The position numbers were made by a program, and so were the translations under genes. From Rozella allomycis CSF55 (lineage: Eukaryota): 40,081 nt of DNA. The DNA is taken from the NCBI GenBank assembly GCA_000442015.1, contig KE560617.1, forward strand, positions 1 to 40,081. The letters run 5' to 3'. Below are positions 24,519 through 37,200 of this stretch, one piece after another (the first letter of the stretch is position 1; every line of letters begins with the position of its first letter). The notes under the pieces were generated by a model that saw only the letters and a program-made list of their open reading frames with translations, had not been told where the DNA came from and ran no database searches.

Positions 24519-24737
24519 ATAAACCCTTGTCGTCAATCAGAAACTCAATCACATGTTTCAATCGCATTTTTTCTTTCGAAAATTAAAATAATAGTTATTT
24601 AATTTTTAATTTTAAATTTAAGAAATAATGTTGAGTCTTTTTAGAGGCGATTGAAACCAATTTTGTTATTAATCTGATTCTAGATCAAATAAATGATAAG
24701 ATAGTTTGTGTGTAAACAAAAACACAATTTTGCAACA

Positions 24738-25100
24738 ATGCGCTTTTCCTTCCCCTTGTATCTTCTATTGATATCTCTTGTCTTTGTTGCTCCTTTACAA
24801 GTTCTATATCCACCAAACAATGCAGTGTTTAAAAGAGGGCAGCTCGTAACATTCAAATACATAATTTACAACTCCTTGTCAGCAGGAACTGCCGATGTCC
24901 GTTTGTTCATTGAACCCGCGCATATACAGGTCCTTCACAAGTATAAGTTCCCTTCCATTGCCAACTCTTTCACTTACAGGATTCCGTACAATTTGAAACC
25001 TGGTGTTGTTTACACTTTTGTTTGGCTTGATGTGGTCTCTGCTGGTCCTCAGAGCATCAATAATGGCAACGTTTACAATTACTATTTTACTGTGAAATAA
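24738..25100 (+). CDS. Small secreted protein, probable Ig-like beta-sandwich
   Basis: Signal-peptide-like MRFSFPLYLLLISLVFVA, then LQVLYP....FKRGQLVTFKY...FTYRIP......Y...FTVK, reminiscent of Kre9/Knh1-N-type domains. Confidence 0.6.
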   Translation: MRFSFPLYLLLISLVFVAPLQVLYPPNNAVFKRGQLVTFKYIIYNSLSAGTADVRLFIEPAHIQVLHKYKFPSIANSFTYRIPYNLKPGVVYTFVWLDVVSAGPQSINNGNVYNYYFTVK

Positions 25101-25214
25101 AATAGGGTTTTGATAAAAATCTCATTCTTCAAAATTTATCAAGTTATAACTTTTGTGAACTAAATGTACATTTTTTAATTTGGCTTAAATTGTGGCAACC
25201 TGTAAAAATGGGAA

Positions 25215-26307
25215 ATGGGGATTATTAAGCGGAAGTCCATTCCCCGCCTACTTGGAAAACTCCCATACACAGTTAGAATAATATTATTGTTCTCTACGTT
25301 TCTGTTCTTTTTATCATCTGCGCTCTTCTTTACACATGAGGAGAATTACATGTCTTTTGAATCTCAAGAAAGGTAATTGACCAAATCGTAATCAACAAAG
25401 ACTGATAAATAGCGAGATTTTTGACGTATTATATAATCATTATTATAAAATGTGCGGAAGAAAATCAAAATCGGTTGTCTCCGAAGCGCTGAGTTTAATG
25501 ATCAGGTTCAAGATCGATGTGATTTTCGGATTAGAATACTGGCAACCAAGCTTCCTAAGAGAAATCCTTGCTATTAATGGCAAAAGAATTGAACCGGGAT
25601 TTCCATTAGCTGAATTTCATCCCTACGATATTTCGGATCCAATCCCGCTCGTAAAATACCCAATGATCTACGCGGCCGACAATCCATCGAATGCCGCTCT
25701 TGTCAAACGCATGGACAAGAGATTTAAATATGCCAACATTAGCTATGAAATGATAGATTTTGGAAATCTGGAAGACGTTCACACAAGAATGCCATGGATT
25801 AAGACACATGTGTCAAAGACTCCTTTTAACACAGATGAAGATTTATTCGACTTTCATCTGTTGGCTACTTTCACGGCCTATGAATTTATTTCTAAATTGG
25901 CGGAATCTACAGTGGAAGCTGCAATATATCTGGAAACAGACGCGGTTCCTGTCTATAATGCACATAAAAAGTTTTCTTTGTTTTATCACCAACTAAAGAG
26001 ACATATGCCGTACTACGACATTGCAATGCTTGGCTCGTGTTTACAAATGGAAAGAGGACATGGACCAATATATCTGGCTGATAACTTGGCAAAGTTTCCT
26101 GGGACAAGATGTTTTAATGCTGTTTTAATGACAAGAAAAGCTGCAAAAAAGATTATGGAACATGGAACCGCTAATACTCCACATATCGCCATTGACTTTA
26201 TAATCAACCAACTAATCCTAGAAATTCCTCTAGAAATTGCATGGGCACAAGAGCCTTTGTTTTATGAAGAGTCAAAAACTCCTCCTAGTTTTAGATTTCA
26301 GTGTTAA
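25215..26307 (+). CDS. Type II membrane glycosyltransferase, GT25-like
   Basis: Exon 1 has a TM helix; intron 25373-25400 joins in frame. AAIYLETDA, YDIAMLG, CFNAVLMTRKAAKKIM and AIDFII resemble GT25 motifs. Confidence 0.6.
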
Positions 26308-26382
26308 TAAATTTATCAGACAATATCATATGTGGCTTGGATACGTTAGTTTGTTTACAATCTCGAAATCCAACGAGATTTA

Positions 26383-27678
26383 ATGTCCGTTTCAGTTAGT
26401 AATTCAGAATTTCTTGTTGAAAACACATTGCCCACTGCCAAAATAACCGGCGTCCATGATTCTTTACTTCAAGAATCTGAAAAGGACATTTTATGGTTCC
26501 GGGATAATTTCATTTGTCAAGGTAGCAGGCACCATTAATTTCTATATTATTAGAGCATCAAACATATCTATGTACAGACTCCCCTCGTGGACCTATGGCT
26601 GTATCCCTCGTGCTTGACAAAGATACATATAAAATACTCGTTAGAACAGATCAGGTATAATGATTAAAAATAGTTCATAAGGGTAGTGAGCGTCTTAGTA
26701 TCGCATCGCGCAATATAAGAATACCATGGTACAAAAAAGTGCTTGGATTATTACCATCATTGGCTGATATAATGAGCTCGATTGACGAAAACTTTCCTTG
26801 CCAGACACTAAGACTATGTAAAGAAAATAGTATTGCAAAAGATCTACTGGCAATGGAAGAGCGACAAGTAAAAATTTTATTGTTACATGACATGGTTATA
26901 CGATCGTATAAATTTGGCCTCGTGTATGTAGGATCCAATCAAAGCACAGAGGAAGAGATGTTTCAAAATAGACTGGGTAATTATACAAAGTTGCGTTGTT
27001 AGAAAACACATCGGCCAAATTTCAAGAGTTTCTTACATTTATTGGCGAGAAAATAGAACTAAAGGGATGGAAGGGGTATAGAGCAGGCCTTGACGTCAAC
27101 GGTAATTAACATAATGATTAATTGATAGATAATCAAACGGGGCAACATTCGATCTATACAAAATGGCAAGGCTACGAAATCATGTTCCATGTCGCACCTC
27201 TGCTCCCATATTCCGCCACCGACAAGCAACAAGTAAGCTAAATATATAGCATACACGCAGCTTGAGAAAAAGCGACATATCGGAAACGACATTGTGGTGA
27301 TACTCTTCCAAGACTCGGACACGCCATTCAGAATCTCGACAATAACCAGTAAGCAAAACCACGTAATCTGTGTAATTAAACCCCAGGGTGAAGGATACAA
27401 GTAAAACAAATTCTCTGCCGTGTAACTAGAATGACGATTGTACACAAGAACGGTGTTCCAGCGTATACCCCGGAGCTCCCCGACCCGACATATTTTGAGC
27501 GTAACGCAGTTTCGCGTGATTTTCTTTTGCATAAGCGTATGAAATTCTTTAGTTTTTTTAAATAGTCGTCAATGGCGAAAGGGCGTGCTATAAAGCACCA
27601 TCTTTTGCACCCAAGATTTCACGAACTCGATCCGTATTGATCAAGGATGTGGTAGAAAAGGGACTTGCATCTCAATAA
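26383..27678 (+). CDS. Rap GTPase-activating protein (RapGAP domain); multi-exon
   Basis: YKFGLVY...EEEMF, FLTFIGEKIELKGWKGYRAGLD, EIMFHVAPLLP, EKKRHIGNDIVVILFQD (catalytic Asn), VNGERACYKAPSF. Confidence 0.92.
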
Positions 27679-27844
27679 ACTGGCATTTGATTTCTAAAGT
27701 AGTTTTCTCAACCTTTAAACATGGTAACGTGGAACTCGCTATGCTTCTACATCGTCAATAATAGCAATTAAAATATAAAATATTTCCCTTTACCATTAAA
27801 TCTAGTGTACAACTATTTCAGTTTGAAAATTCAACCCTTGTCGT

Positions 27845-30412
27845 ATGAGTGTATCTAAAGCGACACTTTTTATTCGTGGGATCCCCAAAGAGGCCACCAA
27901 GGAAGATTTAGCAGAGATATTAAGCGAAACGAAGCCTTCTAATTTTTTTCTTGTCCAGAAAAAAGGACAAGAGCAGCACAGTGGGATCGCGTATGTGCAC
28001 TAGTAAGAGTCGGTGTTAAGATAGAGTAGTATAAAAGAGGAGAATGCAGTCAAGGCTAAGAGTGTATTGGAAGATAAAAAGCTGCATGGAAGGAACATCC
28101 AAGTTGATTTTGCATTGAAGAAGAAGAGAGAAGAGGATATGAAACCAGGCAAGAGAACGTTGAAAAAGATGAATCCTAGTGAAAGAGAAAAGGTCAAGGA
28201 GGAAAAAAAGGAAAAGAGTGAGGAAGAGATTTTGGCGGAAAAGAAGGAGAAGAAGGAAAAGGTTAAGCAGGAGATGATTAAAAAGGCGCAGGAAGCGAAG
28301 CAAGCGGAAGAAGCCTCACCTGCATCGACGTTGGTATTAGTGAAGAATGTAGCAAAGGATGTAGATCAAAAACAGTTTTACAAACGCGTGAAGAAGCTTG
28401 GGGATGTTAGTATTGTTTCATTTGGAGACGGACAAGGTAAGCATTGCATGCTGGTCTTAAAATAGCAAGAATATGTTTTTCTAGTATAGGAGAGGCAAGA
28501 GAAGGATTTAAGAAGCTTGACCAGCATGTGTTTAAAGGGGAGACGATGAGTTGTGAGTATGTCTATGAAAACAGAAGATTGATTATAAGAAATTTAGATT
28601 TCGCAGTTGATGAGGAGTATTTGAAAGAAGAGTTTGGAAAGATTGGGTTGGTTACTGATGTGCAAATTCCCGTTAAAGAAGATGGACAAAAGCGAGGGTT
28701 TGCGTTTGTTGAAATGGGGACAGAAAAGTTGGCTAAAAAGATTATTAAAGAGTTTAATGGAAAAGAAATAAAGAAAAGGCCAGTTGCCATTGATTTTGCA
28801 TTTAATAAAGAAGAATTTGAAAAGAAAAAAGTTGAGATTGAAGAAAAGGAAGCGTTGATTGCAAAGAAGAGAGAAGAGGAAGAAAGATTAGTCTTTAATG
28901 AAGAAGATGATGAAGAATTTGATATGGAAATGAACCCAATTGAAGGTAACGAAGAAGTAGAAGAAGTAGAAGAGGTGGAAGAGAGTGAAAAGGAGAGTGA
29001 CAGTGATGATGATAGTGACAATGAGAATGATGATGAAGAAGAGAGTGAAGGTGAAATCAACGATGATAAGGCTGAACAACAAAATGAAACGGAAAGAAAG
29101 GATATTCAAAAGAAGAAAGAGAAGTCTTGGGATACAGAAGATGGGTGCACGGTTTTTATTAGAAATATTTTACTATCTGCTAGCTATGAATCAATTAAAG
29201 AAGCTTTGAAGCCATTTGGAGAAATAGTCTATGTTAAAATGGTTAAAGACAAAGAAACCGGTGAATTCAAGGGAACAGCGTTTGCAAGGTTTAAAACTAA
29301 AGAACAAGCGAACGATGCAATAGAAAAATCAAAATTAGGTTTAATTAATTCAAATTCTGCTCTTTCCGATAGAACCCTTGTTAAATCTTCATTGTTAGTA
29401 CAAGATGACCAGGGTGTCTACATTGAAGGAAAACCAGTTTCAATTTTCCCAGCGATTAAAGATGTTGATAATTTAATAAAGAAAAGAGACGAAGAAGGTT
29501 CCTCTGATGTCGATAAAAGGAATTATTTTCTGTTAAAGGAAGGAGGTAATTTCTGAAATTTCTTAAATAATATTAGTGATTTTTCCAGATTCTCCAGCTG
29601 CCAAAGATTTAACGCCATCTGAATTAAAAAGAAGAATGGAATCATTCGATGAAAGAAAAAGACAATTAAAGAATCCAAATTTTATTGTTTCGAAAACACG
29701 TCTTTCTGTTAGAAATTTGCCTTTAGATGTTGATGAAACTCAATTAAAACTATTGGCCAGAAATTCGGTCATGGAGAGAAAGAAATTAACAGAAGAAGAA
29801 AAGAAATTAGAAGGCTGGGATAAAAAACTAAAAATAGTTCAAGTGAAAATTGTTAAAAGCAAAGATCGAGTTGATTCAAATGGTAAATTCAGATCTAAAG
29901 GTTATGGATTCATTCAATTCTCTCAATTTTGTCACGCCATGATGGCTTTAAGGCACATGAACAATAATCCAAATCTTTTAAAGAAAAGACTAATCGTTGA
30001 ATTCGCTATTGAAAATCTAAACATTGTTAAAAAGAGAAATGAAAAATTAAAAGCCAAAGAACTCAAAGACAAAAATGATGAAAAGAAGGATAACGAAAGC
30101 AAGGAAGAGAAGGGTTCAAAGAAGGAAAAGAAAGTTAAGAAGCCTAAAGAAAATAAAGATTCTGAAATGTCAACAGAAAAAGTTAAATCCAAAACAGATC
30201 CTTCTAAGCCTAAAAAGAAAAAGAAACAACAAGAAAAAGTTGATCAGCCTCAACCAGTTGTAACAAATCAACTAAAAAGAAAAGTTGACGAATCTTTAAT
30301 AGACAAAAAGAAAAAGAAAAAGAAGAATATTGAAAAGGTTGATAATTTTGATGCAATCTTGTCTTCTTACAAGGATAAACTTTCAAATGAATTAAACACA
30401 TCGGCATTGTAA
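27845..30412 (+). CDS. NOP4: Nucleolar multi-RRM protein Nop4/RBM28; multi-exon
   Basis: Multiple RRMs (RLIIRNL/RGFAFV, TVFIRN/KGTAFARF, RLSVRNLP/SKGYGFIQF), an acidic tract, DKRNYFLLKEG|VIFPDSPAA and LIVEFAIEN. Confidence 0.92.
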
Positions 30413-31223
30413 ATTAAATAAATAATTTATTCATTCATATCCCTTTCTTATACGATGGCATTTTAACCATTTGACTTTGAAAGATTACACAAGCCCGCTT
30501 TCTTTTTTGAAAACGATAGTACGGACGTTAATGTCCTTATAAGGGTCCTACGATACAAGTGGTACAACCACTTTTCATTAAGATAATTACATCTTGCATC
30601 CTGTGAGTATCATACAGTCAAAACGTTAAACCATATGTAAATCATAATCATAGTTATTGACGCGGATGTAGGAAAATGTTTGTCGATAATTTCAGATGTT
30701 AATGTTTTAGGGAGTATTTTAGAGGAATACCCGTAAAAAAGCTGGATAGTGTCGTGTTTGTCCTTGTAGTGTCTTAATCCTCATAAATTATTTAAAAAGA
30801 TAATTGAGAAAACAGATGTCGATTGAGAATGGATTATCCTTTCTATTTGTTGAATATCTCTTTGAGCCTTTTATCTAAGGGCCGTAGTCGGTGTATCTTT
30901 GAGATCCACCGCGAATGGTTGTTATATTCATGTTAATGAATATTAATGGTACCGTATAAGCCTTATCTGGAGTTTGATATTCGTCCTTACTACAGGTGTC
31001 ATTCACAATATTCTGTGGCGTAATATCAGAAGTCACTACTCATGATATTTGCGGCTTTAAAGTACCTTGTGACGATATTCCATAACAGGCCCGATATTAG
31101 GGATTAAGGTTGTCTCTTCGATTTCAAGACGTGATTATACAAAACACATAATCAGCAGTGCTTAATCTCTGCCTCTTGTTTAACAAGAAACCAATACAAT
31201 CAATAGGAAAGTATTTATTTAAT

Positions 31224-33135
31224 CTACCGACTGCCATCAACCCTAGGATCTTCCAGCAAAAGTGCGGCAACGTTTTTTTTGGCAAAGCGAATAGCATAAT
31301 TATCATTGTCACTGGGATTTACCCTAGAGTCTTTCAGCAAAATTGTAACAATTTCTACATAACCGTAAAAGGCAGCGCTTCGAATAGCTTCATTGTCGTG
31401 AGCACCTGGATCTACTCTAGAATCTTTAAGCAAAATTTTAACAACTTCTACATGACCATTGGAGGCGGCGTGTCGAATACACGCATTGTCGTGAGCACCT
31501 GGATCTACTCTAGAATCTTTAAGCAATATTTTAACAACTTCTACATGACCATTGGAGGCGGCGTGTCGAATACACGCATTGTCGTGAGCACCTGGATCTA
31601 CTCTAGAATCTTTAAGCAATATTTTAACAACTTCTACATGACCATTGGAGGCGGCGTGTCGAATACACGCATTGTCGTGAGCACCTGGATCTACTCTAGA
31701 ATCTTTAAGCAATATTTTAACAACTTCTACATGACCATTGGAGGCGGCGTGTCGAATACACGCATTGTCGTGAGCACCTGGATCTACTCTAGAATCTTTA
31801 AGCAATATTTTAACAACTTCTACATGACCATTGGAGGCGGCGTGTCGAATACACGCATTGTCGTGAGCACCTGGATCTACTCTAGAATCTTTAAGCAATA
31901 TTTTAACAACTTCTACATGACCATTGGAGGCGGCGTGTCGAATACACGCATTGTCGTGAGCACCTGGATCTACTCTAGAATCTTTAAGCAATATTTTAAC
32001 AACTTCTACATGACCATTGGAGGCGGCGTGTCGAATACACGCATTGTCGTGAGCACCTGGATCTACTCTAGAATCTTTAAGCAATATTTTAACAACTTCT
32101 ACATGACCATTGGAGGCGGCGTGTCGAATACACGCATTGTCGTGAGCACCTGGATCTACTCTAGAATCTTTAAGCAATATTTTAACAACTTCGATATGAC
32201 CACGTCCTGCTGCATCTCTAATACACTAATTGTCGCAAGCACTTGGATCTACTCTAGAATCTTGTAGCAAAATTTTAACGACTTCTTCATAACCATAAAA
32301 GGCAGCGTGTCGAATAGCTTCATTGTCGTGAACACCTGGATCTACTCTAGAATCCGAAAGCAAAATTTTAACAACTTCTTCATAACCATAAAAGGCAGCG
32401 TGTCGAATAGCTTCATTGTCGTGNGATATGACCACGTCCTGCTGCATCTCTAATACACTAATTGTCGCAAGCACTTGGATCTACTCTAGAATCTTGTAGC
32501 AAAATTTTAACGACTTCTTCATAACCATAAAAGGCAGCGTGTCGAATAGCTTCATTGTCGTGAACACCTGGATCTACTCTAGAATCCGAAAGCAGAATTT
32601 TAACAACTTCGATATGACCATTATTGGCTACACCTCGAATATCACGGGCACTTGGATCTACTCTAGAATCTTGTAACAAAACATTGACAACGTCTGCACG
32701 CCCATTTATGCAGGCCCTCCAAAGAGGTTCATTGTTATTTAGACTTGGGTCCACTATAGAATCTCTCAACATACGTTTAACACATTCACGGAAACAATTC
32801 TGACATGCAAATAAAAATGCATTGTTAACAGTTTCCGGTGACAAACATTTTTCTTGGAAGACGCTTAGAAAATCAACCAGCCACTTATAATTTTTTAAGT
32901 TATTCAGGATTTTCGTGCACTCTTTTACAGTCAATAATTCACCGCACCTATTCTCAATTATCTTCTGGATAATGTATGGGCAACTCCACGAACAACATGT
33001 TTCTGGAGCTTGATGAAGGATAGAATAAGAGCAATATGAACGAAGCCAACGGGAAGTTTTTGAGATTTGTTTTATGTCATTTAGGCTTACATGCGACAAA
33101 ATTATGTGCCAAACCTCAAATGGGAACTGGATCAT
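31224..33135 (-). CDS. F-box plus ankyrin-repeat protein interrupted by an in-frame TAG
   Basis: N-terminal FPFEVWHIILSHVSLNDIKQISKTSRWLR is F-box-like, followed by 31-aa repeats DPxxxDNxxIRxAAxxGHxEVVKILLxDSRV. TAG at 32458-32460, repeated at 32226-32228 across gap n32424. Confidence 0.75.
31391..32192. repeat. 93-bp tandem repeat, 8 near-identical full units
   Basis: GGATCTACTC recurs at 31501, 31594 and onward; 8 identical 31-aa units in the minus-strand translation. Confidence 0.97.
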
Positions 33136-33426
33136 TCTTTGTGTGGCTAGCCTGAGGCTGAAATACATCATACACATGAACCTTAAATCTTAATAGTTAC
33201 TCTTCAACATAAATATGGAAGCTAAAAGTTCTCTAATAAGAGTGACTGAACATCATTGTCAAGAAATCCATTATTAATTTGATTTCTGGTACAAACAGCT
33301 AAGAAATATGGGTTATCCATTATGTTCAGGTTAAGGTATCATATTTTATATTAGTTTCCCATATAATTAAAACAAATCATTCAATCTATTTATTTAAATT
33401 TATGAATTTATGTAAGCTATACCACA

Positions 33427-34069
33427 TCAAGCGAGATGAAAATGTCTCGAATACAACCAAACTTCTGCAAACAAAACAATCATACCCACAATGAGCGCCA
33501 AAATAACTCTCTAAAATAAACAAAACCAATTCACCATACCGTCCCCACATCAGGGATCACGTTCCTAAATGCCCACATCACCGCTACAATACAGCCAACA
33601 AATGAAAACAGTATATTCAAAATTGCGGTCATTTGCCTTTTAACCAACTTTCCTTCATCAATTTCACCCGGCGATCTTATAGTCATCTCAGAATAACCGT
33701 GAAAGGAAGCGCTGCGTATCATACTCTCATATCTCTCTGTATCAACCTTCAATTGTGCCTTGTCAAGCATCTCCTGCAGAGATTTCGACTAAATTCTTGA
33801 TAAAAGCTTAATTACCCGTGAAACTTTTTGTTCAGGGAAATAGAAACTACTCGATTTACACAGCTCGTGCAGCCAGTACGGCGATCTTTCTAGTCACCCC
33901 CGAAATGTATATTTACCAATCTCTTCCTCCGTTTTAAACTTTCGTTCGTGCGATATGAGAAATTCTGACAGCTGTGAAAGCAGCGAGACACTGATGTAGT
34001 GTTCTAGGAAAACGATAGCGATTTCAATTACCTGTGTAATCTGCGCAAGTGGACTCGGGATGGGAGCAT
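33427..34069 (-). CDS. VMA12: V-ATPase assembly factor Vma12/TMEM199; multi-exon
   Basis: LHELCKSSSFYFP, ERYESMI, VKRQMTAILNILFSFVG and second TM RVILALIVGMIVLFAEVWLY. Confidence 0.8.
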
Positions 34070-34243
34070 AATAAAGAAAGATCGGATTTTAGAGTTGAGG
34101 GTATAGAATCTATTTGCACTGCAATATCTATCGCTTTTTGTAAGGGAGGCCCGATCTTTAGGAATAGTGGCATTTGTAAATTTCAAGATTGCCAAGAGTT
34201 CTCTTTTTGAATATAAAAGAAAGATATTAGTAACAAAAGTCTT

Positions 34244-37200
34244 TTATTCAAACGGTTGATGGCACAACGCACAAAACTCAAAACTAGACTCATTAGGCAT
34301 GAATCTTCCATGACAAGTAGTGCATTCAATGTATTCTTTCCCCAAAATATTTCCAGTTTCAATCGACAATGGAAAATTTAAATCACACTGAGAGCACTTG
34401 CATTCGTAATCGTACACAGTGTTTCTACAATTTGGACATTGGAAGGCGCTTATTGGAGGATCAATCGGGGGATGCCTTTTGAGTGGATTAAGAACTTGTT
34501 ACGATTTAAAAATATCGCGACCAAGATTATCTAATACGACGCATTCTTTTTCCTGGCTGATAGATTTCAACGCTGAGATTGACTTTTCGCAGTATTTGTA
34601 AAGTTTGNTACAAATATCGCGACAAAGATTATCTAACACGACGCATTCTTTTTCCTCGCTGATAGATTTCAACGCTGAGATTGACTTTTCGCAGTATTTG
34701 TAAAGTTTGGCTTTAAGAGATGCTAGAATGGCAAGCTTTAAAACTATTTTAGGATCAATGAAATCATCAAATTGTAGCAAATAAGCAGTCTATTTGAAAT
34801 ACAGAGTATAAACTATACGATTCTTAAAGAGGCCATGTATTTCTCTTTTTGATAAAGATTTTGAGCCAACAAAAAGAAATGATAAACTTTTGCACCTTTC
34901 CAAGAATAATCCAAGGGTTTTGAAGAAGAAATATTGAATTCTAAATCAACCGAGAATGAATTTTGATAATAAATATTACTTTGGATTTATCTTCACTAAT
35001 CACAACTTCATGTCTCTGTAAACAAAGCGAATATAAAACAAATGCCTTTTTCTTCTCCAGTAAATTACTAATTTTATCAATCGACTTTTAAGACGAATTA
35101 AAAAGGGTTACGTTGTTAATTAGAATAGCCGCTTTAGAATAAAACTTTCCATTGCATAATAATTGAATGGCTGTAAATATTTTATTCTCTTTTATTAAGA
35201 TTTGCCCATAAGTTGTAAATAAGTTTTGAACATCACATGAATGATTTCTTTGGGCTAAATCCAACGCAATATCCCACAATAGTTTAACTAGTCAATGATT
35301 GTTACTTGATTTTGTTCAATGCAAATATCAATGGCATCTTTAATTAGACCATTTCTCTCGAGGCATTTTACACCTTCCCTTGTGAATCCATGATTGACTA
35401 GGCGAAATCCAANTTAGTTAGTGATTGTTACTTGATTTTGTTCAATGCAAATATCAATGGAATCTTTAATTAGACCATTTCTCTCCAAGCATTTTACACC
35501 TTCCCTTGTGAATCCATGATTGACTAGGCGAAATCCAATTGTTGAAAGTAATGGATGTGAATCACTAATATTATCAGCACACTCAATTGCCAAGTCAAAA
35601 TCCTTGTCCAAGAAGCAACAATCCAAAAGTTTTTCATATTTATGGCATTGATGATAAAACCTAGCCGCAGAACCCCTGTAATAAATTCAACCTTAAATTA
35701 CCATTTTCGTCTATCAAAATAATAATCACCAACTTTTTCTAAAACATTCTCCAATTCCAAATCACTTTTATTATATCCACTATTAAATAACTCCAATAGT
35801 TTAAACCAATCACATATAGTGTAATACATGTCATAGACTAGATCTAATCTATCTATTCTTTTATAAATCTCTTCTGCCTTTTCAAATTCTCTTAAAAATC
35901 TAAATTTTTCGGCTTCCAATAAATCAAGATCCTTTATTGAATTCATTCTATTTGTTACAGAAATTGATTGAATTCTCTTAATAAAAGAAACAGAATAATA
36001 ATCTTTTGCTCTAACAAAAACTCTTAAAGCATTTTCAAAATCATTTCTCTTAATTGCTTCCATTCCAATCATCACCCAAAGATCTTTATGAGGAGTGGAT
36101 TGAACAAATTTTATACAATCTTCTAAATCTACACTTTTTAACATGACAATTTATTAATTAAATAATTTATTTTACTTTTTAAATCTCTAAATGGTTTTGA
36201 CTCGAAAATCTTCAAACAATCTTCCTTTGGATGAAATGGATCGCAAAGCAACAAATCAATCTTAATAACAGTCACATAAAGATCTGAAAAGTTTACAATG
36301 TCTTTAATGTAACCAAAAGAAACTCATTTTACTCCCTTGAAATTCAACAGGCTCTTCTGGTTGTTCATCATGGAAAATATACACTTTATTCTTCTCAGCC
36401 AAAGCAAATGAATTTTCTGATTCGTCTGACCAAACTATTCCCCAACAATCTCTTCGTTCAAAGGTTTCGTTAATCACAATTCTATTTCCTTCAATTGAAG
36501 CCAATCTCGCTTTCCCATCAACATCAATCATTGAAAATTTATTAGAAACACAATTCAAACAAACAGAAAGTACATGAATACCAGATTTTATGACTTCATT
36601 GTTCAAAGATGGAAGTTGAAGTGCAACAATCGAGCCTTTCTCTTCACAGACAATCAAATATTCATCACTACAACACATCGATGTTACATGAATGTCATCG
36701 TTCCTATTAATAAATATTTGATCTCCTTTTTACAATCCTTTGAAATTTTCTGAATTTTCAAGAAATTCTGGAATAACTTTGTTCTCTGAAAATAGACATT
36801 CCAGCGCTATCATTTTTATTCTAAACCTATTCTTAAATCTTGTTGCCCCTTCTTGCTCAATGGGCACCACAAACAGATACCCCCTCCCAACCAAAAACAC
36901 ATGTGTAGAGTTCATGCAATACTTTCGTGGACGAATTGGTATATCCCGTGTNCCTTGTTGCCCCTTCTTGCTCAATAGGCACCACAAACAGATACCCCCT
37001 CCCAACCAAAAACACTTGTGTAGAGTTCATGCAATACTTTCGTGGACGAATTGGTATATCCCGTGTAAAAAGTATAGTTCCAACACTATTTACTAATCCA
37101 AACATTCTCCATCAAATTATTTAAGAATTAATTACGGTTTATCTTCAGTATAGAGAATACCAAGTCTTGATTGGTAAGACATCAACTCTACCGTCGAATT

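Noticed and set aside
28563-30407. Ser/Phe-rich antisense ORFs (also those over 2563-4844)
   Set aside because: They are shadows of Glu/Lys-rich coding sequence on the opposite strand.
31158-32267. 369-aa + strand ORF over the 93-bp array; also a possible CRISPR array
   Set aside because: It is the antisense shadow of the ankyrin repeats, and the units have no variable spacers.
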